64,000 nt of DNA from Callorhinchus milii. Lineage: Eukaryota. The stretch lies in contig NW_024704746.1 of assembly GCF_018977255.1 (NCBI RefSeq), forward strand, positions 4,216,001 through 4,280,000, in the 5' to 3' direction. The number at the start of each line of letters is the position of its first letter. Position 1 is the first letter of the stretch. The translations under genes were made by a program, and so were the position numbers. Below, in pieces: positions 48,001 through 58,904 of this stretch. The notes beneath the pieces are model-generated. The model was not told where the DNA came from, ran no database searches, and saw only the letters and a program-made list of their open reading frames with translations.

Positions 48001-48946
48001 CACCCGGCCAGGCAGCCCGCAAGAGACCTTACTTACAGCAGCAGGTTTATTAATTAAAGGATTAATTAACCATTTAGAGATTGTGCAAAGCAGCTGTCAC
48101 CAAACCCGATCCCAGCAAAGAAAAATTACACAGCGCTGGAAATGAACAGCAACATGCAGAAGAGGAACAGAGCAAATGGAAAGACAGCTGGAGGGAGTAA
48201 GGACCTGGAAGTCTGCACTGAACAGGGACAGGTGTCGCCTTTCAATACAAGGTTTCAAATAATAAACTGTGCGCTGAAAACGATTTGTTTGAGAAGCAGT
48301 GAACGACTGTCTGCCATCATTGGTGGATGTGAATGCGAGCAGAATAGAAATATTTTTACAGCCCATCACAAGAGCGAATCGAGACTTCCTCCAACACCTC
48401 CAGAGTTTGATCCCAAAACTGAGCCCCACGATAACCATCCGCTGTGCGTGGGCCGTGTGTGGCCGGGCCGCTGGAGGGTGGTACGCACTGGCTCCACGTC
48501 GCTCAATTTGCTGCACTTCATCTCTAACAGCTGAAGGCAGCATCAGCACACAAAGCTCGGGCACCAATTCAACAGGGGCTGCTGATCCATTAGGTGAGGC
48601 TAGAACTGGGCGGGCGGGGCTTCAAGCAGGTGGGAAGAGCCGGGAGGGTGGGGGGGTTCTGTCTGAGCGTATGTGTCTGTGTGTGTATGGGGGCATATAG
48701 GCCTGAAACTCCCGTCACAGGAGAGCAGAGAGAGAGCATCGAGATCAAGCTTCCCCTAACCACAGGGACGCTGAGCGGTGCAGATAAATGAACAAAACCA
48801 ACACTGCCAATGGCACGGGGCCGAGGCAATCCTCAGGAAGAGTCTGGGATCAGTACCTGGAAGAAGCCGGGGGGAATAGGACCTCCAGGGATCCCGTCGT
48901 TGGGGGGAATGTTCCCCAGCACCGGGCTGGGAGCGGCGGCTGCACT
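40776..48946 (-). CDS. SSBP3: Single-stranded DNA-binding protein 3 (SSDP1), exons 5-18 (partial; LUFS exons 1-4 outside window)
   Basis: 14 exons: 48946-48857 ([30 protein letters not shown]), 47925-47848, 46510-46451, 46048-45982, 45790-45717, 44839-44775, 44501-44453, 44073-44038 ([12 protein letters not shown]), 43862-43808, 43369-43299, 42514-42436, 41707-41679, 41379-41278, 40805-40776 (YSPSMTMSV*). Frame continuous. Tail-to-tail with MRPL37, which identifies the paralog as SSBP3. Confidence 0.93.
41750..42425. repeat. Degenerate ~35-bp minisatellite (CACTCACCTCTATAGTCAGTCACTCAGTCTCACACA) interrupted by an L2 fragment at ~41828-42185
   Basis: About 9 imperfect units on both sides of an L2 3' fragment (translation [33 protein letters not shown] on the minus strand). 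Confidence 0.7.
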
Positions 48947-49094
48947 CTGCAAAACACCAACAAACATAGTAAATAACACTGCTTCCCTCATCACAGCCTT
49001 TCCCAGCATGTACTGTAGTGACTGTATTTTGTAAGCAAACACGGCAGCCAATCAGCGCACAGCCCTAGACATACGAGTGTGCACTAAATATAAT

Positions 49095-49408
49095 AATAAT
49101 CCTTGCATTTATATAGCGCACTATAACATCTTCGAGACATCTCAAATTGTTTTACAGGATATAATGTAAAGTGAATTGACTGTATATTTGTGGGTGAAAC
49201 ACAGCAGTCTATTGCGCACAGCAGTGTCCCACAAACAGTCGTAGATTGAAAATGACCAATTTATTATTGTTTTTGGTTTTGGAGAGATTATTATTAGGCT
49301 CTGTGTGGAGTAAGGAAACTTGCCCAAGGTTTCCCCTCTGCCTGGAATTGAACTCAGGTCTCTCACTGGCAAAGCGAGTGCTCTAACCACTGAGCTACAG
49401 GACTCCAG
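49095..49408 (-). mobile_element. tRNA-derived SINE copy
   Basis: Family head, central domain and tail consensus. Confidence 0.8.
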
Positions 49409-51719
49409 CAATGTGTTCATAGAATCATAGAACCTTACAGCATAGAAGGAGGCCATTCGGCCCATCGTGCCTGTGCTTTCTTTGAAAGAACTACCAACTA
49501 GTCCCACTCCCCCACTCTTATCCCATAGCCGTACACGTTGTTCTTGTGGCTATGGGAAAGGCACCAACCTTTCAGACAGTGCATTCCAACTGTTGTTGTG
49601 TATGGGTTACAGGTTGGCTGGGTGTGGCCAGTGACGTCAGCTCCTGCTCTGTATCCTGTATCCATGACATGAACTGCTTTCAGCAAAAATTTCCCTGAAA
49701 GATATGACTAATTTACTGTCTGATGGAATTCGAGTCTATCAAATGGCAAATTACTTTACGGTTTCCCATGTGTCGAAGTCTGAAGCCAGCTCTGAGAATC
49801 CACTCATTCTCTCACCCATTCACTTTCTTGCTCCAATGTCGTCCAATTTCTGTTCCACTTTCGTCCCTGTCCTCCAGGGCACTGCTGATGACAGAAACAG
49901 CAACAACAACAAAATTACATTATAGAGCGCCTTTCACGTCGGGAGGACGTCCCTAAGTGCTGCACACCCAGCCTGGCTCATCACCAGGACTTGGAAAGGC
50001 ACACCAGTCACTGGGGGCAGTGAATCATCCCACTCAGCTCCTGTTAACCCTGTAAGCCAAAGCCCTAATGGGTAGGGTGGTCCATTGAACTGGTAGACTG
50101 GTTCCACTGGTGGTGGTGGTGGGGGAGGGAGGGAATAAGTAAACGGAGTGGAGGGTGTTGATGGAATCGGGAAAGAAGAGAAAGAGGGAAGCTGAGTATC
50201 TCTCAGAGCCGGAACCACAGGAGCCGGAACCATGGAACTGGCGACGGTCTCTCTCAGGTGATCTTGGGGCTCGGCTGCCAAAAGCTGAGCTGCTGGGATA
50301 AGATCAGCAGCTGAGAACAGGCTGCAGAGCAGGATGACCCTGAGAATATTCCAGCAGAGAGTGAGAAAGAGAATGCGAGAGCCAGACAGTGAGAGAGAGA
50401 AAGCGCAAGAGATAAGACACACAGTAAGAGACCAACAGTGAAAGAGAGAGCATGAGAGACAGTGAAAAAGAGAGAGAGGTATTGTATTTGGCCAGTAATC
50501 CTCTAAATTGCTTTAAATAATTTATGAACCCAGAATCCAGATCCCACATAACAGCAACTGGGAGCGTTGGACTGTGGCGAGGGTTGGACGTCAGACGAAA
50601 GAGAAGGATTATTAAGGGGGAGGTGATCACAGGCGTGGATGAAGAGGTAGATCTTCAGGTGGGATTTAAAGAAAGTGGGAGCGAGTGGGGCAGAGAGAGG
50701 GGTGGAGGTAGAGAGTTTCAGAGATTAGGGGCATAATGGCTGAAGGCACAGTCGCTTATTGTAGATAACACACCGAAACAAGATTTTTTTTTGAAAAAGT
50801 TTATTAAAATGAACAAACGTTTTATTAAAAATACTGTTTTAGAAACCAAAGCAACCCCGTTCATTTTGCAAGAATGAAATTGCATTTCGCTGCTTGGAAT
50901 ATTCACCAGATACAGCAATTATCCCCCACCCACCCTACCCTCTGGAACTCCATCCTGCAGTCCCTCCGCTTCACCCCCTCTCTTGCCTCCTTCAAGACCC
51001 ATCTCAAGTCCCTCCTCTTTGACCGTGCTTTCCATCACCCTCCTTCCCTCCACAATCCTGACCCCCAGCTCGGGTTCGAAACACTGACTGTCCAGCGCTT
51101 TGGGACATCCTCCCGACATGAAAAACGCTATACAAATGTAATTTTGTTGTTGTTGTGGTTAAACGTCACCAAGTCTCTACCCTATTGGCATGTAACTGTG
51201 AAGGGCTCAAACAACAACAACAATTTTTTAAAGACAAAACAATCTCAGGGCTGAGACTGGAGCGAATTTGGGGGTCTCTGGTGCAGCACCCAGCACAATT
51301 CTCTTTCTCTACACTGCACCAGTCACAGAGAGAGAGAGAATGAGACTCACAGAGAGATGTAGAGAGACGCACACGGACAGAGAGGGAGAAAGAGAGAGGT
51401 GGAGAAAGAGAAACGGAGAAAGACAGAGGAGGGGGAGGAAAAGAGACAGGGGAAGAGATACAGAGAAATGGAGAGAGAAAGGGAGAGAAGGGGGAAGAAA
51501 AAGGGAGAAAGAGAGATGGGGAGAGACATAGAGAAAACAAGACAGAGGGGGGTGGGGGAGACCGGGAGTTGCGGACGGAGAGACACAGACACTTTAACCG
51601 TCGTTGTCGTCGTTGTTCCCACCCCGGGAAGGCTGAGCTGCCAGTGAAACCCGGCCCAGACTCTATCACAAAACAAAACAATTTACCACCAGACGCCGAG
51701 CGAGCTGAGCGCAACGCTG

Positions 51720-51960
51720 TTCAAGTGGATAATTAACATATCAAAGTTAATTAATTTAGGTAATTAGCACGTTGTTACAAGGTGTCATCCTTATTAGAAA
51801 CAAGTAAATTGTCTCAGGGAATAAGTGATGAACAGGACTGAGGGTGGGCAAGCCCAGCCCAGCCCGCACTTAGCATACAGTCATTAATCTAATTGGACCA
51901 TTTGTGCCATTTACCACCTCGCCTCAGCATCGCTTAACGCCAACTGAAATCTTCCCAAAG
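51720..51960. promoter_or_regulatory. Candidate conserved non-coding enhancer (homeodomain/TCF motif cluster)
   Basis: Non-repetitive AT-rich block with many TAAT/TAATTA sites, ATCAAAG (TCF/LEF) and TGTCA (MEIS). Conservation not verified. Confidence 0.4.
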
Positions 51961-52099
51961 GACCTCATAGAAGCCAGAGTAAACCCTGCTTCCTGTGAGA
52001 CACCCACTCTGCACTGAGGGACCATCAGGTGAGGGTGGCATCAGCGCTGAGAGGCAGAGAGATGTGTAGAGTCCAAACGAGAGAGCGAGACTGGAGCTC

Positions 52100-52178
52100 A
52101 ATGTGGGGTGCAGCCTTCAAAGGGGGGGGGGTGCAGCCTTCAAAGGGGGGGGTGCAGCCTTCAAAGGGGGGGCAGCCT
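52100..52178. repeat. 21-22-bp tandem repeat (GGTGCAGCCTTCAAAGGGGGG) overlapping the KEAP1 stop codon
   Basis: About 3.5 copies with G-runs of 9, 8 and 7. Confidence 0.85.
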
Positions 52179-55100
52179 ACAAGGTTCCAACGTGACAGCC
52201 ACACCCACCCCACTCCGGCCCGAGGTCATCTGGGTCACCTCTGTCCACTGACCGGTGTCCGGGTCGAAACATTCAACACTGCTGAGGAAGTCCTGGCCAT
52301 CATAGCCACCTGCCAAAAGGGTGAGGTGGTCAGTGCACATCATCCTTCATACACCTCGTGCCATTCCCACACCCCAGGGGCTCAAAGTGCTTGAAGGGCC
52401 CTTTAACCCAGACTTCTAAAAGATTCAGCTTCTAAACAAAGACAGCCCCAATTGCCCCACCCCCATTAATAATTATAATTCTTTGACACATTTGATATAG
52501 CGTCTCAAAGCGCTTCACAGAATACACTGTAAAGTGGATTAACCGTATTTTGTAGCTTTTTTACATTGCACAGCACATCGTCCCAACACAAACGCAAACA
52601 TGCACACACACAGGGCAGTGTGATGGTGAGGGATAAGCAAGGTTTATGGTATTTACCGAGTACGTAGATCTTGCCCTGATACACGGTGACTCCCAACGCA
52701 CTGCGCTTGTGCTTCATTGGTGCGATGCATGTCCACTGGCCGTTCTCGATCTCGTAGCGCTCCACACTGTTCAGCTGGTTCACTCCATCGTACCCGCCGA
52801 TCGCATACACGCAGTTTCTCAGATTGCACACACCTGAGCACAACCACAGCTCAGCTCCAGGCCTGACACACATTCCCCTCCTCCAACTCTCTCCCCTCCT
52901 CTCTCCCCTTCCCCTCCTCTCCCTCTTTCTCCTCTCCCCACTCTTCCAGCACTACTCTCTCCTCCACCTCTCCTCTTCCAGCTCTCTCCCATCCTACTCT
53001 GGCTGCCACCGCCCACCTCCCTCACCCCAGCCCCCCACTGGCTCCCACCCTTCACAACCCTCATCGCCCAACAACCCCTCACCCCCCCACCGCCGACTCC
53101 CCTCCCCGGCTCCCCCTCCCGCCTACTTCCCTCACCGCAAGCCCCACCCCCCTCACCGGCTCCACTCCTGACGGTGTTCATGGGGCCAATGGTCTCCCAC
53201 TTGTTGTCCTCGGGATAGTAACGCTCAGCAGAGTTGAGCCGGCTCGTGCCGTCGAAGCCACCGATGGCGTAGAGGAGCCGGTTGGCGATGGCCACACCCA
53301 CCCCAATCCTGCTGGTGGACATGGCGGCTACAAACTCCCACTGGTCCTTCTCAGGGTCGTACCTGGGGCACAGAGCAAGAGCAACACAGTATAACACAGG
53401 GTGCAGAACAGGGTAATAACGCAGGGTGTAATCCAACACACACTCCCTTGCACCCAACACACATACAAAGAAGCTTGCTGGCAGTTCCACCACACATCCG
53501 CCATGCACATTCTCAAAGCTGTCAGATGCCAAAACTTATCAGATGTCAAACAAACAACTTGTGACTATCCCGGGAGGTGTGTCTGTGTGTGTGTGAGTGT
53601 GTGACACTATTAGATTGTATTTCAATCTAGTATTTCACACAGTTGCCGTGTTGTTTTACAGTCCCGCACCGAGCACGGAGACCAACCTTTCCACGGTGCT
53701 GTGGTGACTGCAGCCTTCAGAGCCGCCCACGGCATAGATCATGCCATCGATCACTCCTCCGCCCACACGGTTGCGAGGGAGGTGCAGTGGGGCGCAGGCT
53801 GACCACATGTTGTTCATGGGGTTGTAGCAGTCCAGGGCGTTGGAGTCCGTGTTGCCATCCGGCGAGTTATTCCTGCCGCCCACCACGTACAGCAGCCCGT
53901 TCACCGTGCATGTGGCCAGCCCGCTCCGTGGCACCGGCATGTCTGCCAGCCTCACCCACCTAGCATCCAGCGGGTTGTAGGCCTCCAAGTAGCTGAGTGA
54001 CTGCCGGAAATAGCCCCCCGCCGAGTAGATGAGCTGCGAGACCTTGGGGGAGCGGCAGGGACAGCCCTGGGTGGGCTTGTGTAGCGTCAACTCCTTGAAG
54101 ACCCCGACCAGGTAATCCTTACACTTGGAGTCCATGCGGAGGATTTCGCACTTCTGTAGCTGTGTCTGCAGGAAGTTGGGTGTGAGTGAGTGGCAGCGTA
54201 CGGCGTTGAGCAGAGCGTGGATGTATGGCCGCCGGCTTTCACACTCGTACTTTACCCACTGGATACAGGCGTGATACACCTCAGACTCACACCGCACATT
54301 CAGCTCGTCACGGCTGATCAGGCTGACCAGCTGGCACTGCGTCAGGTTGAAGAACTCCTCTTGTTTTGCCACCTGCAGAGGGACAGACATAGGCGACTCC
54401 TGAACACTACAGAAACGCTCTACGGCAGTGACGGGGTCAGAGACGTTTTGACACAATAATAATAATAATCCTTGCATTTGAATCAGCGCTTTATCATGTC
54501 ATTGAGACGTCTCAAATCGCTTCGCAAGATATACTGCAAACTGGATTAACTGTGGGACGTCCTCCTGACGTGAAAGGCGCTTTATAAATGGAATCTTGTT
54601 GTTGTTGTTGTTGTTGTTGTGTATTTTATGGGAGAAACGCGGCAGCTAATTGTGCACAGCAGTGTCCCACAAACAGTTGTGGATTGAGTGACCACATTTT
54701 TTTGGAGGGATTATTACACAGGGAAAGCCATCCGGCAATCAACCGAGTCCTACTTGCTCGGTAAACAGAGGCGTGTGGAGTAAGGAAACTTGCCTAAGGT
54801 TTCACCCTGTCCGCCCAGGAATCAAACCTGGGTCCTCTTACTTGTGAGGAGAGTGCTCTAGCCACTAAGCTACAGGACTCCATGATAAAGCCGCGTGACA
54901 ATGAGAGCCATTTCTCCCAGTGCTCACCTCACTGAAGTGCAGGTAGATGTACTCCCTGGCTTTGAGGCTCAGCTCCTGGCATCCGATCTCCTCGGCAAAA
55001 GCGGCAAAGCCGATGGCATTGCTGGGGTCGAGCTGCTCCACCAGGAAGTCACAGCAAGCCTGCACCACACTGTCCATCTGGTACATGACAGCCCCGGTCA

Positions 55101-55470
55101 TCACGTGCAGCACGCACTTCTCACCCACGGTGATGCTCGCGGTGTAGGCAAACTCAACCAGCCTCTGCATGACCTTGGGATGGATGCCCTCGATGGGGAT
55201 GACCTCCATGCCGCGCTCCCTCAGTCCCGCGGTGAACATGGCCCTGAAGACGGGACTGCAGGAGGCCAGCACTATCTTGTGGGCCATAATCTCCTCCTCC
55301 AGGTCCTTGTACTTCACCTTCAGCGTCACATCACATAACTGCTGGCTCAGACGCATCTCGTTCATGATGGTGAAGGCAGCTGCCGTGTGGCTGTCCAGGG
55401 CATAGCTGAACACGCGGCTGGCATTTGCCGAGGGCATCACCTCGGCCGCGCAGCCTGCAGAGCCCGACAT
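52161..55470 (-). CDS. KEAP1: Kelch-like ECH-associated protein 1 (586 aa; BTB-IVR-6 Kelch; 5 coding exons)
   Basis: Exons 55470-54928 (BTB: [38 protein letters not shown]), 54372-53687 (686 bp; [39 protein letters not shown]), 53362-53157 (206 bp), 52833-52657 (177 bp), 52309-52161 ([17 protein letters not shown]). 1761 nt in frame. Intron positions and phases match my recollection of human KEAP1. Confidence 0.97.
54460..54882 (-). mobile_element. tRNA-derived SINE copy with an internal short L2-tail insertion (KEAP1 intron 2)
   Basis: Family head at 54880-54810 and tail at 54460-54550, with a plus-strand GGGACGTCCTCCTGACGTGAAAGGCGC..(GTT)n insert. Confidence 0.7.
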
Positions 55471-57119
55471 CTCACACGCTCGCTGGATCGATCTCCGGGC
55501 GCCAGGCAATACCACGCTCACTCACTGGCTGGTTGAACACGGAGAGAGGGCTAGAGTTTGGTCACCGTGACCTCACCGCTCCAGTCTGACCCATCATCGG
55601 CTCCACCACAACAATGCTCTTCCCACTCGATTAAGGTGTGACTGAGAGGAAAGCAGACATAATTACTGACCAAGAGGTTTGTTCAGAGAGAAGCAGCATG
55701 GTAACACCGGGTGCTTAGTGCCACACTCGCCGCCAGCACTGCCAGCAACTCCCGCTCACTGGGAGTTGGTCTCAATCAGCTCCTTAGAAACAGCCGTGTT
55801 ATGAGCCACCGTTGGCACCAGGCTGTTGCTCAGCAGGATAACAGCGCTCCAGCCTCCGGCAACAATACATTGTCCTCAGCATCAGCCACGGTTTCTGCGC
55901 CTGATCCCATCATTAACTAGTGCAACAGGTGTATGGTCACATTGAGAGAGAAAGAAGGAAAAGATTGCTTGTGAGAGAGCTAGAGAGTGATATAGAGCGA
56001 GGGAGAGAGCAATAGCCAGAGGGTTAGAGGGAAGGAGAGAGCAATGGCAATGGATATGTATAGCTAAAGAGACATACACTGAAAAAGAGTAGCTAAGAAT
56101 TGTTACTCGTGTTCACCAGGAACGATCGATACTCAAAGAGCTTCCTATTTACTCTGCCGATAATGTCACCTGTGAAGCATTCTGAATGTCGTCTCCAAAT
56201 CAGACTGTGAACTTGTTGACAATGTGCTGTGGATGATTGGCGAATGACTCATCTGCTATGCATTTTGAAGTAAACATTGATGTACATTTTGCTTACTCAT
56301 TCACAGCGGCTGCTGGCAAAGTACTGAAACTTCGTCCAAGGCTGGGAGAAGGCGGGCTGTCACACAGGCCCAGGCCAGAAACACTAAAACAGCCTTGAAT
56401 AATCCCTACAGTCAGCCAAATACATACGTAATCCCTCAACAGGAAGTCAGGAGAGTAACACACAACACTCACTGGTCATCTTCCAATCACTACTACGTGC
56501 ACTTCTAATAATAATAAATAATAATAATAATCCTCGCATTTGATATAGCGCTTTTCACGTCGAGAGGACGTCCCAAAGCGCTTCACAGGACACACTGTAA
56601 AGTGAATTGACTGTATATTTGTGGGCGAACGCGGCAGCCAATTGCGCACAGCAATGTCCCACAAACAGTCATGGATTGAAAATGACCAATTTATTATTGT
56701 TTTTTGTTTTGGAGGGATTATTATTAGGCTCTGTGTGGAGTAAGGAAACTTGCCCAAGGTTTCGCCCTGTGCCTACAAGTCTCTCCCCCCCAGACTTTTA
56801 AAGCCGCCTTACGACTGCTCTCCTCACCCCCGCTTTCAATCACTATTCCTCTCCTCGACACACGGCTCGGGATTCCAGTCAGCTGTGAAAAGCACTTTGG
56901 AACATCCTCCAGACGTACATAAATGATATTGTATTACACTGCACCTTCCCACATCGGAAGACGCGATGAGGCACAATATCAAATGCACGGATTATTATTA
57001 TTAATTAATAATCCCTTCAAAAATAAATAGATAAATAATAATTTGGCCACTCAATCCACGACTGTTTGTGGGACATTGCTGTGCGCAATTGGCTTCCATG
57101 TTTCTCCCACGAAACACAG

Positions 57120-58645
57120 TCATAGAATCATAGAATTGTACAGCACAAAAAGAGGCCATTCGGCCCACCGAGTCTGTGCGGCTCTTTGAATAGAGCAATG
57201 TAATGTCAGTCCCACTCCCCAGCCCCTTCCCCATAACCCTGCAAACCCGTCCTCCCCAAATACCCGTCCACCATGTTTTTAAAAGTAGTTATCGAATCGG
57301 CCTCGACCGCCCTTTCAGGCAATGCGTTCCAGATTCGAACAACTCACTCCGTGAAAAAATTTCTTCTCACCTCCCCTCGACTTCTTTTAGATACTATTTT
57401 GAATCTGTGACTTCGAGTCACCGACACACCCACCAGTGGAAACAGTTTCTAACCTATCAAATCCCCTCATGATTTTGAAGACCTCTATTAGGTCTCCTCG
57501 TAACCTTCTCTGCTCCAATGAGAATAATCCCGGCCTCTCTGGCCTTTCCTCATAATCAAGGTCCCTCATTCCTGGTACCATCCTCATAAATCTCCTCTGC
57601 ACCCTTTCCAATGCCTTAACATCCTTCCTATAGTGCGGTGCCCAGAACTGGGCGCAGTATTCTAACTGAGGCCTAACCAGTGTTTATATGGGTTAATCAT
57701 AACCTCCTGACTCTTGTACTCTATGCCCCTATTTATAAAGCCTAGTATCCCATATGCCCTTTTTACAGCTTTATCTACCTGTCCTGCCACCTTCAAGGAT
57801 TCATTTACCTGAACCCCCAGGTCTCTCTGTTCTTTTACCCCCCTTAAGATTGTATTACCAGCCTATATTGCTCCCCTCATTCTTTCTACCAAAATGCATT
57901 ACCTCGCATTTCTCCACATTGAAACTCATCTGCCATGTGTCGCCCACTTTACGATTCTGTCTATATCTTCCTGCAGTCGGCTACTACTCACTGTTTACTA
58001 CCCTACCTAACTTTGTGTAGTCCGCAAACTTGGAAATGGTACTTCCTATACCCAAGTCCAGATCATTAATGTACATTAAGAAGAGCAGTGGTCCTAATAC
58101 CGATCCCTGGGGTACACTGTACACTTCCCTCCAGTCAGAAAAGCATCCGTTCACCACAACTCTCTGCTTTCTGTCTCCCAGACAGTTCTGGATCCATACT
58201 GCCACTGTCCCTTTTATACCATGGGCTTCTATCTTTCTTACAAGTCTTTCATGTGGCACTTTGTCAAATGCCTTTTGAAAGTCCATATAAACTACATCAA
58301 CTGCACTACCTTTATCCACCCTCTCCATTACCTCATCGAAAAATTCTATTAGATTTGTTAGACAAGATTTGCCTTTAACAAATCCGTGCTGTCTGTCCCT
58401 AATTAACCCATATTCTTCTAAGTGAAGATTTATTCTGTCCCGGATTATAGTCTCCAGGAGTTTCCCCACTACTGATGTTAGGCTGACTGGCCTGGAGTTC
58501 CCAGGTTTGTCCTTCTGTCCCTTTTTGTACAGGGGAGTCACATTGGCCACTCTCCAGTCCTCTGGCACCACTCCTGTGTCCAACAAAGATTGACAAATTG
58601 TAGCCAAAGCCTCCGCTATTTGTACACGTGCCTCCCATAGTAACC
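57120..58645 (-). mobile_element. 5'-truncated CR1-clade LINE (RT domain, disrupted)
   Basis: ORF 57984-58829: VPEDWRVANVTPLYKKG..RPVSLTSVVGKLLE..QHGF..YMDFQKAFDKVPH..VPQGSVLGPLLFLMYINDL..SKFADYTKL, with stops and frameshifts downstream. 3' end has (TTCTATGA)n on the minus strand at 57120-57135. Confidence 0.92.
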
Positions 58646-58904
58646 TTGGAAGTTGACCCATATCTGTGGATGATGTCACCAAGAGGGAGCATATAGATAT
58701 ATATATAGATTGAAGAGGAGGGGACTGAGGACAGAGCCCCGAGATAGTGCGGGGGCTAGAGGAGAAAGGGGAGCGTGTGCGTTTGGGGAATAAATAACAT
58801 ATAAATAACAATATATAAGTAACTCGCATTTACATAGCACCCTTTCGCAGTGTAGCGTCTCGGAGCGGGCATGGAGGGGGGTGAGCAGAAGGTCAGAGAT
58901 ATAC

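Noticed and set aside
51166-51714. Long ORFs on both strands (182 aa, 109 aa, 87 aa)
   Set aside because: Produced by a GA/CT low-complexity tract lacking stop codons.
55471-55600. Possible stop-codon readthrough extending the KEAP1 N-terminus past TGA 55524-55522
   Set aside because: No in-frame ATG before the next upstream stop (~55575). The ATGs at 55597/55594 are out of frame and give only an 11-aa uORF.
57984-58829. 281-aa reverse transcriptase ORF as a domesticated gene
   Set aside because: 5'-truncated CR1 with an altered catalytic motif (FADY for FADD) and a stop right after; the N-terminus comes from unrelated repeat fragments.
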